From the NCBI GenBank assembly GCA_035390885.1, contig DAOOUW010000007.1, positions 84-64,083 on the forward strand: DNA of 64,000 bases, given 5' to 3'. The position numbers were made by a program, and so were the translations under genes. This stretch comes from Bacteroidota bacterium (GTDB lineage Bacteria; Bacteroidota; Ignavibacteria; UBA10030). Positions 9,801 to 20,660 of this stretch are shown in pieces. Position 1 is the first letter of the stretch. Each line of letters starts with the position of its first letter. Under the pieces are notes generated by a model that had not been told where the DNA came from, made no database searches, and was given only the letters and a program-made list of their open reading frames with translations.

Positions 9801-9826
9801 AAGGCTCAGTTTTTGCACTGAGCCTT
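9801..9826. terminator. Bidirectional intrinsic terminator hairpin between convergent bshB and gnd
   Basis: AAGGCTCAGT-ttttgc-ACTGAGCCTT: 10-bp perfect stem preceded by an A-run and followed by a T-rich stretch. Confidence 0.65.
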
Positions 9827-9855
9827 AGAGTAATTTTAGCATCTTCACGAATTAC

Positions 9856-11313
9856 TTACACAATGTAAGTTGATGAGGCGGTACCTCCGCCATGACCAGT
9901 CCAATTCGTATGGAAGAACTCACCGCGTGGTTTATCAACTCGCTCATATTGGTGTGCGCCAAAGTAGTCGCGTTGAGCCTGAAGGAGGTTCGCTGGCAAC
10001 CATTTATGTCGATATCCATCGTAGAACATCAACGATGACGTCATTGCAGGGACTGGAATACCAAGTGTTGCTGCATTTGCGATAACTTTTCGCCATGAAT
10101 CCTGGCAATTTGCCATAATCTTTTTGAAGTACGGATCGAGCAACAAATTGCTGAGCTGCGGATTCTTATCGTACGCTTCTTTAATCTTGCCAAGGAATAC
10201 ACTTCGAATAATGCATCCACCGCGCCACAAAAGCGCAATACTGCCATAATTCAATTCCCATTTGTATTCCTTCGCTGCTTCTTTCATCAACATAAATCCC
10301 TGCGCATAGGATGTAATCTTAGAAGCATACAAGGCTTTTCTGATATCTTCGATAAATTTCTTTTTGCTGCCAGTAAATTTCTTCTTCGCAGGACCTTTGA
10401 GAATCTTCGATGCAATAACACGTTCATCTTTTAATGCAGAAAGACATCTGGCAAAGACAGCTTCCGAAACCATCGTCATCGGGATTCCTAAATCGAGAGC
10501 CGTTACGCTTGTCCATTTTCCGGTACCTTTTTGTCCTGCGGTATCGAGAATGAGGTCGAGGACGTATTTTCCATTTTCATCTTTATAATTAAGAATATCA
10601 CGTGTAATTTCGATAAGGTACGAGTTCAATTCTCCTTCATTCCATTCTGTGAAGACTTGGTGCATCTCTTTGTTACTCATTCCCAAACCTTCTTTCATAA
10701 TGTGGTACGCTTCGCAGATCAATTGCATATCGCCGTACTCAATACCATTATGAACCATTTTTACAAAATGTCCTGCTCCATCGGAACCAACCCAGTCGCA
10801 GCAAGGTGTGCCATCGGCTACCTTGGCAGCAATCGCTTGAAAGATCGGTTTTACATGAGGCCATGCAGATGGAGAACCGCCAGGCATAATTGATGGTCCT
10901 TTTAACGCGCCTTCTTCACCGCCGGAAACGCCTGTTCCAATAAAGAGAAGACCCTTGCTTTCAAGATATTTTGTTCGACGAATTGTATCCGGGAAGTGAG
11001 AGTTACCTCCATCGATAATAATGTCGCCGGGCTCAAGCAATGGAATAAGCATTTCAATAAAATCATCTACAGCCTTTCCTGCTTTGACCATCAACATTAT
11101 CCTGCGGGGCTTTTGAAGAAGCTGTACAAACTCCTGCAGCGAATGTGCGCCAAGAACTTTTTTCCCTTGTGCACGACCAGAGAGAAAGTTGTCGACTTTC
11201 TCAACGGTACGATTGAAGACAGCAACGGTAAATCCATGGCTCTCCATATTGAGAACCAAGTTTTCGCCCATGACTGCCAAACCTATCAACCCAATATCAG
11301 CTTTGTTATTCAT
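9856..11313 (-). CDS. gnd: 6-phosphogluconate dehydrogenase, decarboxylating
   Basis: 485 aa, [12 protein letters not shown] Rossmann motif, full-length similarity to Gnd (..KGTGKWT.., ..[15 protein letters not shown]). Confidence 0.9.
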   Translation of the reverse strand: MNNKADIGLIGLAVMGENLVLNMESHGFTVAVFNRTVEKVDNFLSGRAQGKKVLGAHSLQEFVQLLQKPRRIMLMVKAGKAVDDFIEMLIPLLEPGDIIIDGGNSHFPDTIRRTKYLESKGLLFIGTGVSGGEEGALKGPSIMPGGSPSAWPHVKPIFQAIAAKVADGTPCCDWVGSDGAGHFVKMVHNGIEYGDMQLICEAYHIMKEGLGMSNKEMHQVFTEWNEGELNSYLIEITRDILNYKDENGKYVLDLILDTAGQKGTGKWTSVTALDLGIPMTMVSEAVFARCLSALKDERVIASKILKGPAKKKFTGSKKKFIEDIRKALYASKITSYAQGFMLMKEAAKEYKWELNYGSIALLWRGGCIIRSVFLGKIKEAYDKNPQLSNLLLDPYFKKIMANCQDSWRKVIANAATLGIPVPAMTSSLMFYDGYRHKWLPANLLQAQRDYFGAHQYERVDKPRGEFFHTNWTGHGGGTASSTYIV

Positions 11314-11380
11314 ACTCTATCCTTTCTCTTAATTGACTTTTGTAATGATTCAATAAATTATTTTTCTTTCGATTTAGCTC

Positions 11381-12661
11381 TTACACTTTTCCTTCAAATC
11401 TATCTCGATGCGCCCAGAGTCCAAGCGCTGGATTAGAAATATAGAATATTTCTTCTCCATCCGAAAGAACATTCATTCCGTCATGCAACTTCTCTGGATT
11501 GTATCGTTTCATCATTGTGGCTAAATCCGCATAGCGGAAGTTCACGCCTTCAATTTCCTCTTTTGTCAAATTCCCCGGACAATAGGTAATTGTGAATCTT
11601 CCTTCTGATGAACCGTGAATAAGATGAGCTGCAGCGCTAAGATTATTTTGCAAATCTTCATTCTTCTCCACCAAATCAAGCACTTTCGGTGTGCCTACAT
11701 AACCGTATTTTCTTATAAGAGCGTCGATTTGTTTATCTTCTCCAAATTCCTTTAAAGCTGGCGCAAGTATAATCAGTTCTCCCGCATCGGCGATTGCCAT
11801 TCGAGTGCGATAGATACTCTTATTCCCCAACCAGGTGCTTTTGAATTCTGATGGATCAAGATAGACAACCACTTTTTTCAAGGGCGACTCAAGCATCTGG
11901 AAATTGACCTTCAATGACAGCTCGGCTGCACGATAGAAGCATTCGATATCATCTCCAATGTAGAGTCCACGAATCTTGAGTTTACCATCTTCGCCTTGCG
12001 ATACAACTGTTTGAACATAAAATATTGGCGGGAGCATCTTCCCAAAATGCTCAGATGCATAATTATAGACTCGTCGCACAAGGTTATCGGCGCGTCCCAT
12101 AATTCGTTCCATTCCGTAGACTGCACCAAGGAAGTGGCTTTTGTTTATTCCTTCTGGACCGCCAGTGCCAACAAAAATATTTTTGTTATAGCTTGCCATT
12201 CCAATAACTTCGTGAGGAACAACCTGTCCAATACTCAAAATAACATCGAAGCCGCCTTGAGCAAGCAACTTATTAACCTGCGCTTTCCAGCTATAGTGGA
12301 GTTTCCCTTCAGATTGTTCTTCGATAAATTCTTTCGGCACTTCGCCAAGCGTAAGTACATCCTTCCTCCAATCGTGATTGCGGAAGAGAGAACGCGGCAT
12401 TGCTCCAAACATTTTCTGAATTTCTTCGTCTGTCATAGGAGCGTGAGTGCCAAGCGCAGGGAGAACATCGGTAAGACGATCACGATAGTACTCCCAGATT
12501 AACCTTGTTAAGATTCCAGCCTGAGAATGGAATCGTGTAAAATCCGGTGGAATAGCGAGAATTTTTTTTCCTCCAATTTTTTCAAGCGCTTGATATAATC
12601 CTTCTCGCAAGTCATTTTCAGTAAGAACGTCATTTTCTGAACCGCGTGCAAAGAGAAGCAT
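11381..12661 (-). CDS. LarA-like (DUF2088) nickel-pincer-dependent hydroxyacid racemase/epimerase family protein
   Basis: 426 aa. N-terminal LarA-type domain. VVPHEVIGMASYNKNIFVG aligns with the LarA V.PH..GFSGGRK..PG segment, including the Lys that tethers the cofactor in LarA. Confidence 0.6.
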   Translation of the reverse strand: MLLFARGSENDVLTENDLREGLYQALEKIGGKKILAIPPDFTRFHSQAGILTRLIWEYYRDRLTDVLPALGTHAPMTDEEIQKMFGAMPRSLFRNHDWRKDVLTLGEVPKEFIEEQSEGKLHYSWKAQVNKLLAQGGFDVILSIGQVVPHEVIGMASYNKNIFVGTGGPEGINKSHFLGAVYGMERIMGRADNLVRRVYNYASEHFGKMLPPIFYVQTVVSQGEDGKLKIRGLYIGDDIECFYRAAELSLKVNFQMLESPLKKVVVYLDPSEFKSTWLGNKSIYRTRMAIADAGELIILAPALKEFGEDKQIDALIRKYGYVGTPKVLDLVEKNEDLQNNLSAAAHLIHGSSEGRFTITYCPGNLTKEEIEGVNFRYADLATMMKRYNPEKLHDGMNVLSDGEEIFYISNPALGLWAHRDRFEGKV

Positions 12662-12727
12662 TGTTACGTCCTTTCAATTTTTACAAAAGAATTTGAATCA
12701 TTGGAAATACTCATTCCAAATAATTGT

Positions 12728-12760
12728 GAGAGATGCTGCCATTTGACGCCAGCATCTCTC
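12728..12760 (-). terminator. Hairpin downstream of kdgK
   Basis: GAGAGATGCTG-(11 nt)-CAGCATCTCTC: 11-bp perfect stem starting 10 nt after the kdgK stop, followed on the minus strand by ACAATTATTTGG. Confidence 0.5.
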
Positions 12761-12770
12761 TAAATACCGA

Positions 12771-13853
12771 TTACCGCTGAATTCGAGCTGAACCGCCTTT
12801 AGCAAAGGAACGAACTTGTTCCAGCGTTACCATTGTTGTGTCGCCCGGTGTTGTTGTTAGCAAAGCGCCGTGAGCCCATCCAAGTTTAACAGCTTCTTCC
12901 GGCGATTCACCGGTAAGCAATCCATAGAAGAATCCAGCGGCATATCCATCACCGCCGCCAACCCGGTCGTAAACATCAAGATCACACTGTGGTGAAACAA
13001 ACGTTTTACCATTGACCCATGCAACAGCGCCCCAGCGATGTCGATTTGTGGAAAGCACTTCTCGCAGCGTTGTGGCTACAATTTTTACATTTGGATGCTG
13101 CTTAACAACTGTTTCGATCATCTTGAAAAAGACGGATGGATCAAGAGCAGATTGCTTTTCAACATCAACGCCTGGAATTCCCAATCCTTTTTGCAAATCC
13201 TCTTCGTTGCCAACAAGAACATCGACTTGCTCGACAATTCTTGCGATCACTTCAGCAGCTTTCTTTTCGCCGCCCCAGAGATTCCAGAGTTTTGCTCTGT
13301 AGTTCAAATCGAAGCTTGTAATAGCTCCAGCTTTCTTTGCGGCTTTCATTCCTTCAATAATAAGCTCACCGGTAGTTTCCGATAACGCCGCAAAAATTCC
13401 GCCGCTGTGGAACCAGCGAACACCCTGACTAAAAATTGCATCCCAATCGAAATCACCTGGTTTTAACAAAGCGCCTGCTTCATTTGACCTGTTGTAAAAC
13501 ACAACCGGTGGACGGACTCCATATCCACGATCGCTATACACCGTCGCCATATTAGGACCATTAACGCCATTATGCTTAAATCGTTTGTAGAATGGTTTTA
13601 CTCCCATCGCTCTCACGCGTTCTGCAACAAGATCGCCAATTGGATAATCAACCATTGCAGATGCAATTCCTGTATTCAATCCGAAACAATCGGCAAGATT
13701 TGCAGCGACATTAAATTCACCGCCGCTGACATGAATTTTACATTCGGTCGCTTTGCGGAATGGCACAATTCCCGGATCCAATCGATGGACAAGCGCGCCA
13801 AGTGAAAGCAAATCTAACGCTCCTTTTGATGGAATGTTTAATCCTGTACTCAT
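12771..13853 (-). CDS. kdgK: PfkB-family sugar kinase, 2-dehydro-3-deoxygluconokinase-like
   Basis: 360-aa ribokinase fold with C-terminal GGGDGYAAGFFYG and PGDTT motifs. Lies in a hexuronate/KDG context. Confidence 0.7.
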   Translation of the reverse strand: MSTGLNIPSKGALDLLSLGALVHRLDPGIVPFRKATECKIHVSGGEFNVAANLADCFGLNTGIASAMVDYPIGDLVAERVRAMGVKPFYKRFKHNGVNGPNMATVYSDRGYGVRPPVVFYNRSNEAGALLKPGDFDWDAIFSQGVRWFHSGGIFAALSETTGELIIEGMKAAKKAGAITSFDLNYRAKLWNLWGGEKKAAEVIARIVEQVDVLVGNEEDLQKGLGIPGVDVEKQSALDPSVFFKMIETVVKQHPNVKIVATTLREVLSTNRHRWGAVAWVNGKTFVSPQCDLDVYDRVGGGDGYAAGFFYGLLTGESPEEAVKLGWAHGALLTTTPGDTTMVTLEQVRSFAKGGSARIQR

Positions 13854-13887
13854 AATCGTTCTTCCTTTCTTTTATTAAAGTTTATAT

Positions 13888-14973
13888 CTATCGTTTTATT
13901 CGAGCGCTGCCGCCTTTTGCAACGTGAAGCACTTCATCAAGCGTAACCATACTGGTATCGCCGCGTGTCGTCATCAACATTGCACCATGAGCAACGCCAA
14001 GGTTGACGCACTCCTGTGGTGGTTTTCCTGTTAGGAATCCATAAATAAATCCAGAGGCGAATCCATCTCCACCTCCAACTCTATCTTCAATTTCCAATGA
14101 CGGCATCTGTAATCCATCGTAAAATGTTCCATCATACCACATAATTGCAGACCAGTCATTGACTCCGGCAGATTTTACACCACGGAGCGTTGTACCAACA
14201 ACTTTAATGTTAGGAAAATCTTTTACAACTTTCTCTACCATTTTCTTAAATGCGCTTGTATCAAGTTCGCCTTTTTCAACATCAACGCCTTCTACTTCAT
14301 ATCCAAGCACTTTTTGAAAATCTTCTTCATTGCCAATGAGACAATCAATGTATGGCACCAGAGGACGGGTTGTTTCGATTGCTTCTTTACTTGTCCATAA
14401 TTTCGAACGAAAGTTGAGATCGTAGGAAACAACGGTACCTGCGTCGTGTGCAGCTTTGATGGCTTCTGCAACGACAAGTCTGGTTGATTCTGAAAGTGCA
14501 GAGAAAATTCCTCCTGTATGGAACCACCGTACTCCTTTATCTTTAAATAATTTCTTCCAGTCAATTTCGCCTGGTTGAATACCAGCAGTTGCTGAGTACG
14601 CTCGGTCGTAGAGTGTTACAGAAGCTCGCGGACCAAAACCAACTTCAGTAAAATTTAATCCGATACGATCTTTGCGTCCCATACCATCGTACTTTCGAGT
14701 AATCGCAAAATCGACGTTGACGCCAACCGCCCGAGCATGGTTGCGTATAATTGCTCCAACTGGCGAATCATTGAGACCTCCAATCCAGCCTGTGCGAAGT
14801 CCAAGTCTAGAAAGCGCATAGGCTACATTGTATTCGCCACCGCCGCACCACACTTCGAGATTTGGCGCAAATTCAATTCGCTGATGACCCGGCGGACTGA
14901 GTCGCACCATACATTCGCCAAGTGAAAAGAGATCGAACGAGGTTTCATTTGTTTGTTTAAGATTTAATTTCAC
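13888..14973 (-). CDS. Second PfkB-family sugar kinase, KdgK paralog
   Basis: 361 aa, colinear with the neighbouring kinase (VRWFHTGGIFSALSES.., GGGDGFASGFIYG, RGDTS). Confidence 0.7.
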   Translation of the reverse strand: MKLNLKQTNETSFDLFSLGECMVRLSPPGHQRIEFAPNLEVWCGGGEYNVAYALSRLGLRTGWIGGLNDSPVGAIIRNHARAVGVNVDFAITRKYDGMGRKDRIGLNFTEVGFGPRASVTLYDRAYSATAGIQPGEIDWKKLFKDKGVRWFHTGGIFSALSESTRLVVAEAIKAAHDAGTVVSYDLNFRSKLWTSKEAIETTRPLVPYIDCLIGNEEDFQKVLGYEVEGVDVEKGELDTSAFKKMVEKVVKDFPNIKVVGTTLRGVKSAGVNDWSAIMWYDGTFYDGLQMPSLEIEDRVGGGDGFASGFIYGFLTGKPPQECVNLGVAHGAMLMTTRGDTSMVTLDEVLHVAKGGSARIKR

Positions 14974-15067
14974 TGTAGCACCCTTTCAAGTAAATTTACA
15001 GTAAGAAGTGATAATAAACTACTACTTCAGCCAACGCTAATGTACAAAAACCTTACTTCAAGAACAG

Positions 15068-16222
15068 CTAATGAACAGACGCTATTTGAAACCCTAATCC
15101 TTTGAGAATCGTTTCGGCAGAGCGCTGCGATGGATATAAAATAACAGTCCGGTTAAAAAATTCTCTACGAATTCTATACTCTGCCCTCAACTTCATAAAA
15201 TATGCTTTATGATGAGCGGCATCCATTGTCAGGATTTGACGTAACAATCGATCATCCATTTCAATATCGTACGCTTGCTGCACAGCAGTACGAACGACAT
15301 CGATCGGTTCTGTGATTGATGAAGGAATAATAATTCTGGCATCATCGGGCGACATCGAGTAATCGACGTTCCACTTTGGCTCGACATTGAGAAATCGACA
15401 AGCTGCTTCATACACCATACGACATGCGTTTAATTTTCCATCAAGCGAGTAGCCAGCAATATGTGGTGTGCCAATTAATACCAATCGAAGCAAGTCCGTA
15501 TTGATAATTGGCTCACCTTCCCAAACATCAAGTATTGAGTTCGAAAGATGTTGTTCACGTAAAGCGCTTATCAACGCTTGCGTTTCAACCACAGGACCTC
15601 GCGAAGAATTGATCAAGACAGCGCCTTTTTTCATGCGACGAATTTTTTCTTCATCGAAGAGATGGAATGTCGCATCAATTCCAGATTTCGTTAAAGGAAC
15701 ATGGATCGTGATGATATCTGCATCATACAGTTCTTCTAGAGGGCGATATTTTGGATCGCCTGTTGCACGAGCTAACGGCGGATCGTTCAATATCACATTC
15801 ATGCCTAATGTTCGTGCTACCCGCTCGACTTTGCTTCCAACGTTTCCAACGCCAACAATTCCAATTGTTTTTCCAGCAATTGAATTCCCTGTTCGATGCG
15901 ACCATGTTAGCAAAGCAGCAGCAATGTATTCGGCAACTGAATTTGAATTGCTTCCTGGCGCGCTAACAAAAGTAATCCCTTTCGATGCTAAATATGCTTC
16001 GTCGACATGGTCGGTACCAATTGTAACAGTTCCAACGAATCGTACTTTACTACCTTCTAATAGTTGTGCGTTCACTTTTGTTTCGGAACGCACAATTAAA
16101 AGATCGGCATCACGAACATTTTCGGCAGTTACCTCGAGCGTATCGAGAGGTATAACTTTCCCAAGATGGGAAAAAGCTTCTACGACTGCAGGCGTATGTT
16201 TATTTACAACAATTGTAGGCAT
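15068..16222 (-). CDS. pdxB: D-2-hydroxyacid dehydrogenase, 4-phosphoerythronate dehydrogenase (PdxB)-like
   Basis: 384 aa. N-terminus resembles PdxB (..DLLIVRSETKVNAQLLEGSKVRFVGTVTIGTDHVD), NAD motif GIVGVGNVG, and a PdxB-type C-terminal extension. Confidence 0.65.
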   Translation of the reverse strand: MPTIVVNKHTPAVVEAFSHLGKVIPLDTLEVTAENVRDADLLIVRSETKVNAQLLEGSKVRFVGTVTIGTDHVDEAYLASKGITFVSAPGSNSNSVAEYIAAALLTWSHRTGNSIAGKTIGIVGVGNVGSKVERVARTLGMNVILNDPPLARATGDPKYRPLEELYDADIITIHVPLTKSGIDATFHLFDEEKIRRMKKGAVLINSSRGPVVETQALISALREQHLSNSILDVWEGEPIINTDLLRLVLIGTPHIAGYSLDGKLNACRMVYEAACRFLNVEPKWNVDYSMSPDDARIIIPSSITEPIDVVRTAVQQAYDIEMDDRLLRQILTMDAAHHKAYFMKLRAEYRIRREFFNRTVILYPSQRSAETILKGLGFQIASVH

Positions 16223-16231
16223 AGAAATCGC

Positions 16232-17065
16232 TTAGACGCCAGAGAATGCTGAGAATCCTCCATCAATCGGGAGTACAATTCCAGTAACAAAATTCGATGC
16301 GGGAGACAGCAACCAGAGAGTAGCTCCCAACAAATCTTCAGGCACGCCAAAGCGAGCCATTGGCGTATGGTCAAGAATTCTCTTGCCGCGTGCAGTCAAT
16401 TCGCCTGTTTCTTTATCGGTGAGCAAAAATCTATTCTGTCCAGTGATGAAAAATCCTGGAGCAATGGCATTGACCCGAATGTTTGGCGAGTATTCCTGCG
16501 CAATGTGCACTGCTAACCATTGAGTGAAATTGCTTACCGCTGCTTTTGCTGCAGAGTACGCTGGTATTCGCGTTAATGGACGAAAAGCGTTCATCGAAGA
16601 AATATTTAAAATTACTCCTTCTTTCTGTTCCACCATTAATTTACCGAACACCTGAGTCGGTAATAAAGCGCCAAGTAAATTCAGATCGGAGACAAACTTA
16701 AATCCTTCTTCTGGCAAATCAAAAAATGTTTGCGTCGCATCCGTTGTGGCTTTTGGACTGTTACCGCCTGCTCCGTTGATAAGGATATCAACTTTGCCAA
16801 AAGTTTGCAAAACTTCTTCAGCAGCTTTCTGAATTGTATCTCGCTTGAGTACATCGACATAAATTGCAGCTCCCTTTCCTTTTGTATCTTTAATTCGGTC
16901 CACAACTTTATTGGCAAGATTTAGATCACGGTCGAGAACAGCAACGTTAGCACCGCACTCGGCAAGAGCAACCGACATTTCACTGCACAGCACTCCGCCA
17001 GCACCGGTAACTACAGCCGTTTTACCGGCAAAATCATACATTTGAAGATATGGTTTCTTTTCCAT
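16232..17065 (-). CDS. SDR-family oxidoreductase, candidate fructuronate/D-mannonate oxidoreductase (UxuB-type) or KduD-like
   Basis: TGAGGVLC cofactor motif and catalytic YSAAK. Lies next to a hexuronate transporter. The start at 17065 follows AAGGAGTGTGTTGT; the track ORF extends to 17074. Confidence 0.6.
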   Translation of the reverse strand: MEKKPYLQMYDFAGKTAVVTGAGGVLCSEMSVALAECGANVAVLDRDLNLANKVVDRIKDTKGKGAAIYVDVLKRDTIQKAAEEVLQTFGKVDILINGAGGNSPKATTDATQTFFDLPEEGFKFVSDLNLLGALLPTQVFGKLMVEQKEGVILNISSMNAFRPLTRIPAYSAAKAAVSNFTQWLAVHIAQEYSPNIRVNAIAPGFFITGQNRFLLTDKETGELTARGKRILDHTPMARFGVPEDLLGATLWLLSPASNFVTGIVLPIDGGFSAFSGV

Positions 17066-17130
17066 ACAACACACTCCTTAATTTATGTGTTAATTTTGTT
17101 TCAGTCTTTGATACGTACATATCATATTGA

Positions 17131-18588
17131 TTATTCATAATCTGTTATGGGTTTATACTTCGGCACTAACGATTTCATTACAACCCATGCAATGAGATAC
17201 GCAACCGCACAAATACAAAATATAATAAAATAGCCAGATTCGAGGCCTTCAAATCCCAGAAGTTTCATTTTCGTAGCGTCAGCGTAATCGAACAACATTC
17301 CAGAACCTTTGTTAATCAAAAATGAGCCTATGCCTCCAGCCATCCCTCCGATTCCTGTGATTGTAGCAACCGCTGATTTCGGAAACATATCGCTCACCGT
17401 AGTAAAAATATTTGCAGACCACGATTGATGTGCAGCGCCAGCAATACCAATAATAATTATCGGGAACCAATAGGAATAACCGCCCAGGAATTGTGCAAGG
17501 ATTGCTAAAAGTGGGAAAAATGCAAAAATCAGCATCGCCAGCATTCTTCCTTCATAGGGATTCATTTTTTTCTTATCGACAAAGTATGTTGGCAACCATC
17601 CGCCAATAATTGACAGCATGGTAATCATATACAAAACGAACAAGAGCAATTGAGCTGTTCCGCTATCGGACCTCAAACCATAGACCGAACTTAAATACGC
17701 TGGCGCCCAGAACAGATAGAACCACCATACGCCATCGGTCATAAATTTCCCAAACGCAAAAGCCCATGTTTGTTTATATTTGAAGCATTGTAGAAATGTC
17801 ATTTTTTTAGTTTGTTGACCAGCAGTATCTTTGGCCCCATGTTCTTTGTTGTCTTGAAGGATGTATTCCAATTCTGCTTTATTTACCCAGGGGTGAGCTT
17901 CCGGCTTCTTATATAAAAAGACCCAAAAGCCCATCCACAAAAAACCTGCGGCTCCAATAATCACAAAGGACATTTCCCATCCGTATGCGGCTGCAATCCT
18001 TGGAATTGTTAGCGGCGCTATCAACGCTCCGATCGTTGCGCCTGAATTAAAAATACTCGTAGCGAAAGCGCGATCCTTTTTGGGGAAATATTCAGCCGTT
18101 GTTTTGATTGCAGCAGGAAAATTACCCGCTTCACCTAATGCAAGGACAAACCGTGCAAAGATAAACATCGTTACACTTACGCTTGTAATTTTTCCGATAT
18201 CATCGACCGTCTTAATTATTTGTCTCGCTTCTTCAAATCCAACGAACCAATGACCCGTCAACACGCCAGATGTGGCTATTCCGCACAACGCATGGAGACA
18301 GGCGCCGAACGACCAAACACCTATTGCCCACAGGAAACCTTTCTTCGTATCTAACCAATCAACTAAGCGACCTGCGAATAATAAACATATTGCATAAAAG
18401 ATGGAAAAGAAGCCTGTAATTGTTCCATAGTCATTGTTAGTCCAGTGAAACTCAGGAGCGATAAAATCTTTCCACGATAATGATAAGACCTGACGATCCA
18501 GATAGTTTATCGCCACACTAAAAAAAAGTAACGTACAAATAACCCAGCGGTACTTCCCAATTTTTTGTGTCTCAGAATTGCCATCCAT
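17131..18588 (-). CDS. MFS transporter, hexuronate (ExuT)-like
   Basis: 485 aa with about 12 TM helices and an N-terminal YRWVICTLLFFSVAINYLDRQ motif typical of the ExuT/anion:cation symporter group. Confidence 0.65.
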   Translation of the reverse strand: MDGNSETQKIGKYRWVICTLLFFSVAINYLDRQVLSLSWKDFIAPEFHWTNNDYGTITGFFSIFYAICLLFAGRLVDWLDTKKGFLWAIGVWSFGACLHALCGIATSGVLTGHWFVGFEEARQIIKTVDDIGKITSVSVTMFIFARFVLALGEAGNFPAAIKTTAEYFPKKDRAFATSIFNSGATIGALIAPLTIPRIAAAYGWEMSFVIIGAAGFLWMGFWVFLYKKPEAHPWVNKAELEYILQDNKEHGAKDTAGQQTKKMTFLQCFKYKQTWAFAFGKFMTDGVWWFYLFWAPAYLSSVYGLRSDSGTAQLLLFVLYMITMLSIIGGWLPTYFVDKKKMNPYEGRMLAMLIFAFFPLLAILAQFLGGYSYWFPIIIIGIAGAAHQSWSANIFTTVSDMFPKSAVATITGIGGMAGGIGSFLINKGSGMLFDYADATKMKLLGFEGLESGYFIIFCICAVAYLIAWVVMKSLVPKYKPITDYE

Positions 18589-18624
18589 AACGCGCGTTCC
18601 TTTCGTTATTGGTGATTATTAATG

Positions 18625-20625
18625 TTATAATTGTAGCCACGATGTTACATTAGTTGCAACAGCGCTCCCTGTATATCCAAATTTTTCAGCTAAAACTTTT
18701 TCGGGTCCCGAAGCGCCAAAGCGTTCAATGCCCAGTACCAGCAATGGCTGACGAAATACATCCCCCCAGCCAAATCCTCGCGCTGCTTCTACGACTACTA
18801 CACGCGCCGAAGCTGGTACAATTTCTTCCTGTTTTTCTTTACTCTGTTTTAGAAATAATTCTCTGCTTGGCATTGAAACGACGCGCACACTATAGTTAGC
18901 TTCTAACAAGGGTGCCGCTTCCATTGCAACTGGCACTTCAGAACCGCTTGCAACTAAAACAACATCAGCTTTATTTCCTTTCTCTTTTTTAAGAATATAT
19001 CCGCCTTTTGCAAATTCTTCTTTCGTCAATGTTTTTTCGCGATTGACAGCTCCAACTTTTTGTCTTGTTAACATTAAAGCAGTCGGACCATCTTTCCGTC
19101 GCAGCGCATAAGCCCACGCTAATGCAACTTCTTGAGCATCACACGGACGAAGATTTACAAGATTCATAATCGCTCTTAAGGCTACAAGTTGTTCAACAGG
19201 CTGATGCGTTGGTCCATCTTCACCAACAAAAATACTATCGTGTGTAAAGACATAAACAACTGGAAGTTCCATTAACGCTGCAAGACGAATAGGCGGACGC
19301 ATGTAATCTGAAAATACAAAGAAGGTTGCACCAAACGGAATAAATCCGCCGTAGAGCGCAATACCATTCAGAATAGAGCCCATGCCATGTTCGCGAATTC
19401 CAAAGTGAAAATTATTTCCACTAAATGAATTTTTTGAGATAGAAGATTTATTTTTCAATAACGTGTTTGTGGAAGGATGCAAATCGGCTGAACCTCCGAC
19501 AAATTCCGGCAACAACGAAACTATCTTCTGCATTACTGTACCAGAAATAGAGCGGGTAGCCCCCGACGCCTGTGTTACACTTGCAAGAAGTTCTTCCTCA
19601 AGATTCTCGGGAAGTTCCCTTGCTTGTTGACGATGCCATTCCTTTGACAAATCAGGATTTGCTTTTTCCCAAGCCTGAAACTGAGCTTTCCAGCTATCGT
19701 ATTCTTTCTTCAGTTCGTTAATTCTATTTTGAAAAAGCGTCGTAACTTCATCTGGCACATAAAAATCTTGCTCAGGCCAATGGAGATTTCTCTTTGCAGC
19801 CTTAAGCTCTTCAACTCCTAATGGAGCGCCATGCGCTTCTGCTGTATCCTGTTTTTCTGGAGCTCCAAAACCAATATGTGTTTTAGCAAGAATTAAGGTA
19901 GGCTTCTCTTTTTCTTTTTGTCCAGCTTCGATTGCTTGTGCAATTTGACTATAATTGTGTCCATCAATTTCGATGGTCTGCCATCCCAATGCCTGAAATC
20001 GTTTGGCAACATCTTCTGAAAAGGCAAGCTCGGTTTTTCCTTCTATCGTAATTCCATTGTTATCATAGAAGACTATTAAATTACCAAGTCCAAGATGACC
20101 CGCCAGCGATGCCGCTTCCTGCGTAACGCCTTCCATCATATCGCCATCGCCCGCAAAAGCATAAACATAATGAGCTCCAAAAATATTGTGTTGAGCTGCA
20201 TTAAAACGAGCAGCCGACATTTTTGCCGCAATTGCCATACCAACCGCATTCGAAAATCCTTGTCCTAACGGACCGGTCGTTGTTTCGATTCCAGGAATCA
20301 ATCCGTATTCCGGATGCCCAGCTGTTTTACTTCCCCATTGGCGGAATGATTTAAGATCATCCATCGTTACATCAAAGCCAGCAAGGTAAAGCAACGAGTA
20401 CAACAACATCGAACCATGACCGCCGGAAAGCACAAAGCGATCGCGGTTAGGCCATTGCGGTTCTTGTGGATTAAATTTTAGATACTCCAACCAGAGAACA
20501 GCGGCACAATCCGCCATTCCCATTGGCATTCCGGGATGTCCGGAATTTGCTTTTTGAACGCCATCGGCAGATAAAAATCGAATTGTATTTGCAGCTGCTC
20601 GTAATTGTGCTTCATTCAACATCAT
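18625..20625 (-). CDS. tkt: Transketolase
   Basis: 666 aa with [13 protein letters not shown] (TPP-binding) and [16 protein letters not shown] motifs. Confidence 0.9.
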   Translation of the reverse strand: MMLNEAQLRAAANTIRFLSADGVQKANSGHPGMPMGMADCAAVLWLEYLKFNPQEPQWPNRDRFVLSGGHGSMLLYSLLYLAGFDVTMDDLKSFRQWGSKTAGHPEYGLIPGIETTTGPLGQGFSNAVGMAIAAKMSAARFNAAQHNIFGAHYVYAFAGDGDMMEGVTQEAASLAGHLGLGNLIVFYDNNGITIEGKTELAFSEDVAKRFQALGWQTIEIDGHNYSQIAQAIEAGQKEKEKPTLILAKTHIGFGAPEKQDTAEAHGAPLGVEELKAAKRNLHWPEQDFYVPDEVTTLFQNRINELKKEYDSWKAQFQAWEKANPDLSKEWHRQQARELPENLEEELLASVTQASGATRSISGTVMQKIVSLLPEFVGGSADLHPSTNTLLKNKSSISKNSFSGNNFHFGIREHGMGSILNGIALYGGFIPFGATFFVFSDYMRPPIRLAALMELPVVYVFTHDSIFVGEDGPTHQPVEQLVALRAIMNLVNLRPCDAQEVALAWAYALRRKDGPTALMLTRQKVGAVNREKTLTKEEFAKGGYILKKEKGNKADVVLVASGSEVPVAMEAAPLLEANYSVRVVSMPSRELFLKQSKEKQEEIVPASARVVVVEAARGFGWGDVFRQPLLVLGIERFGASGPEKVLAEKFGYTGSAVATNVTSWLQL

Positions 20626-20660
20626 AACTACACCTCGTTTCCTATAATTTGTGTAACATA

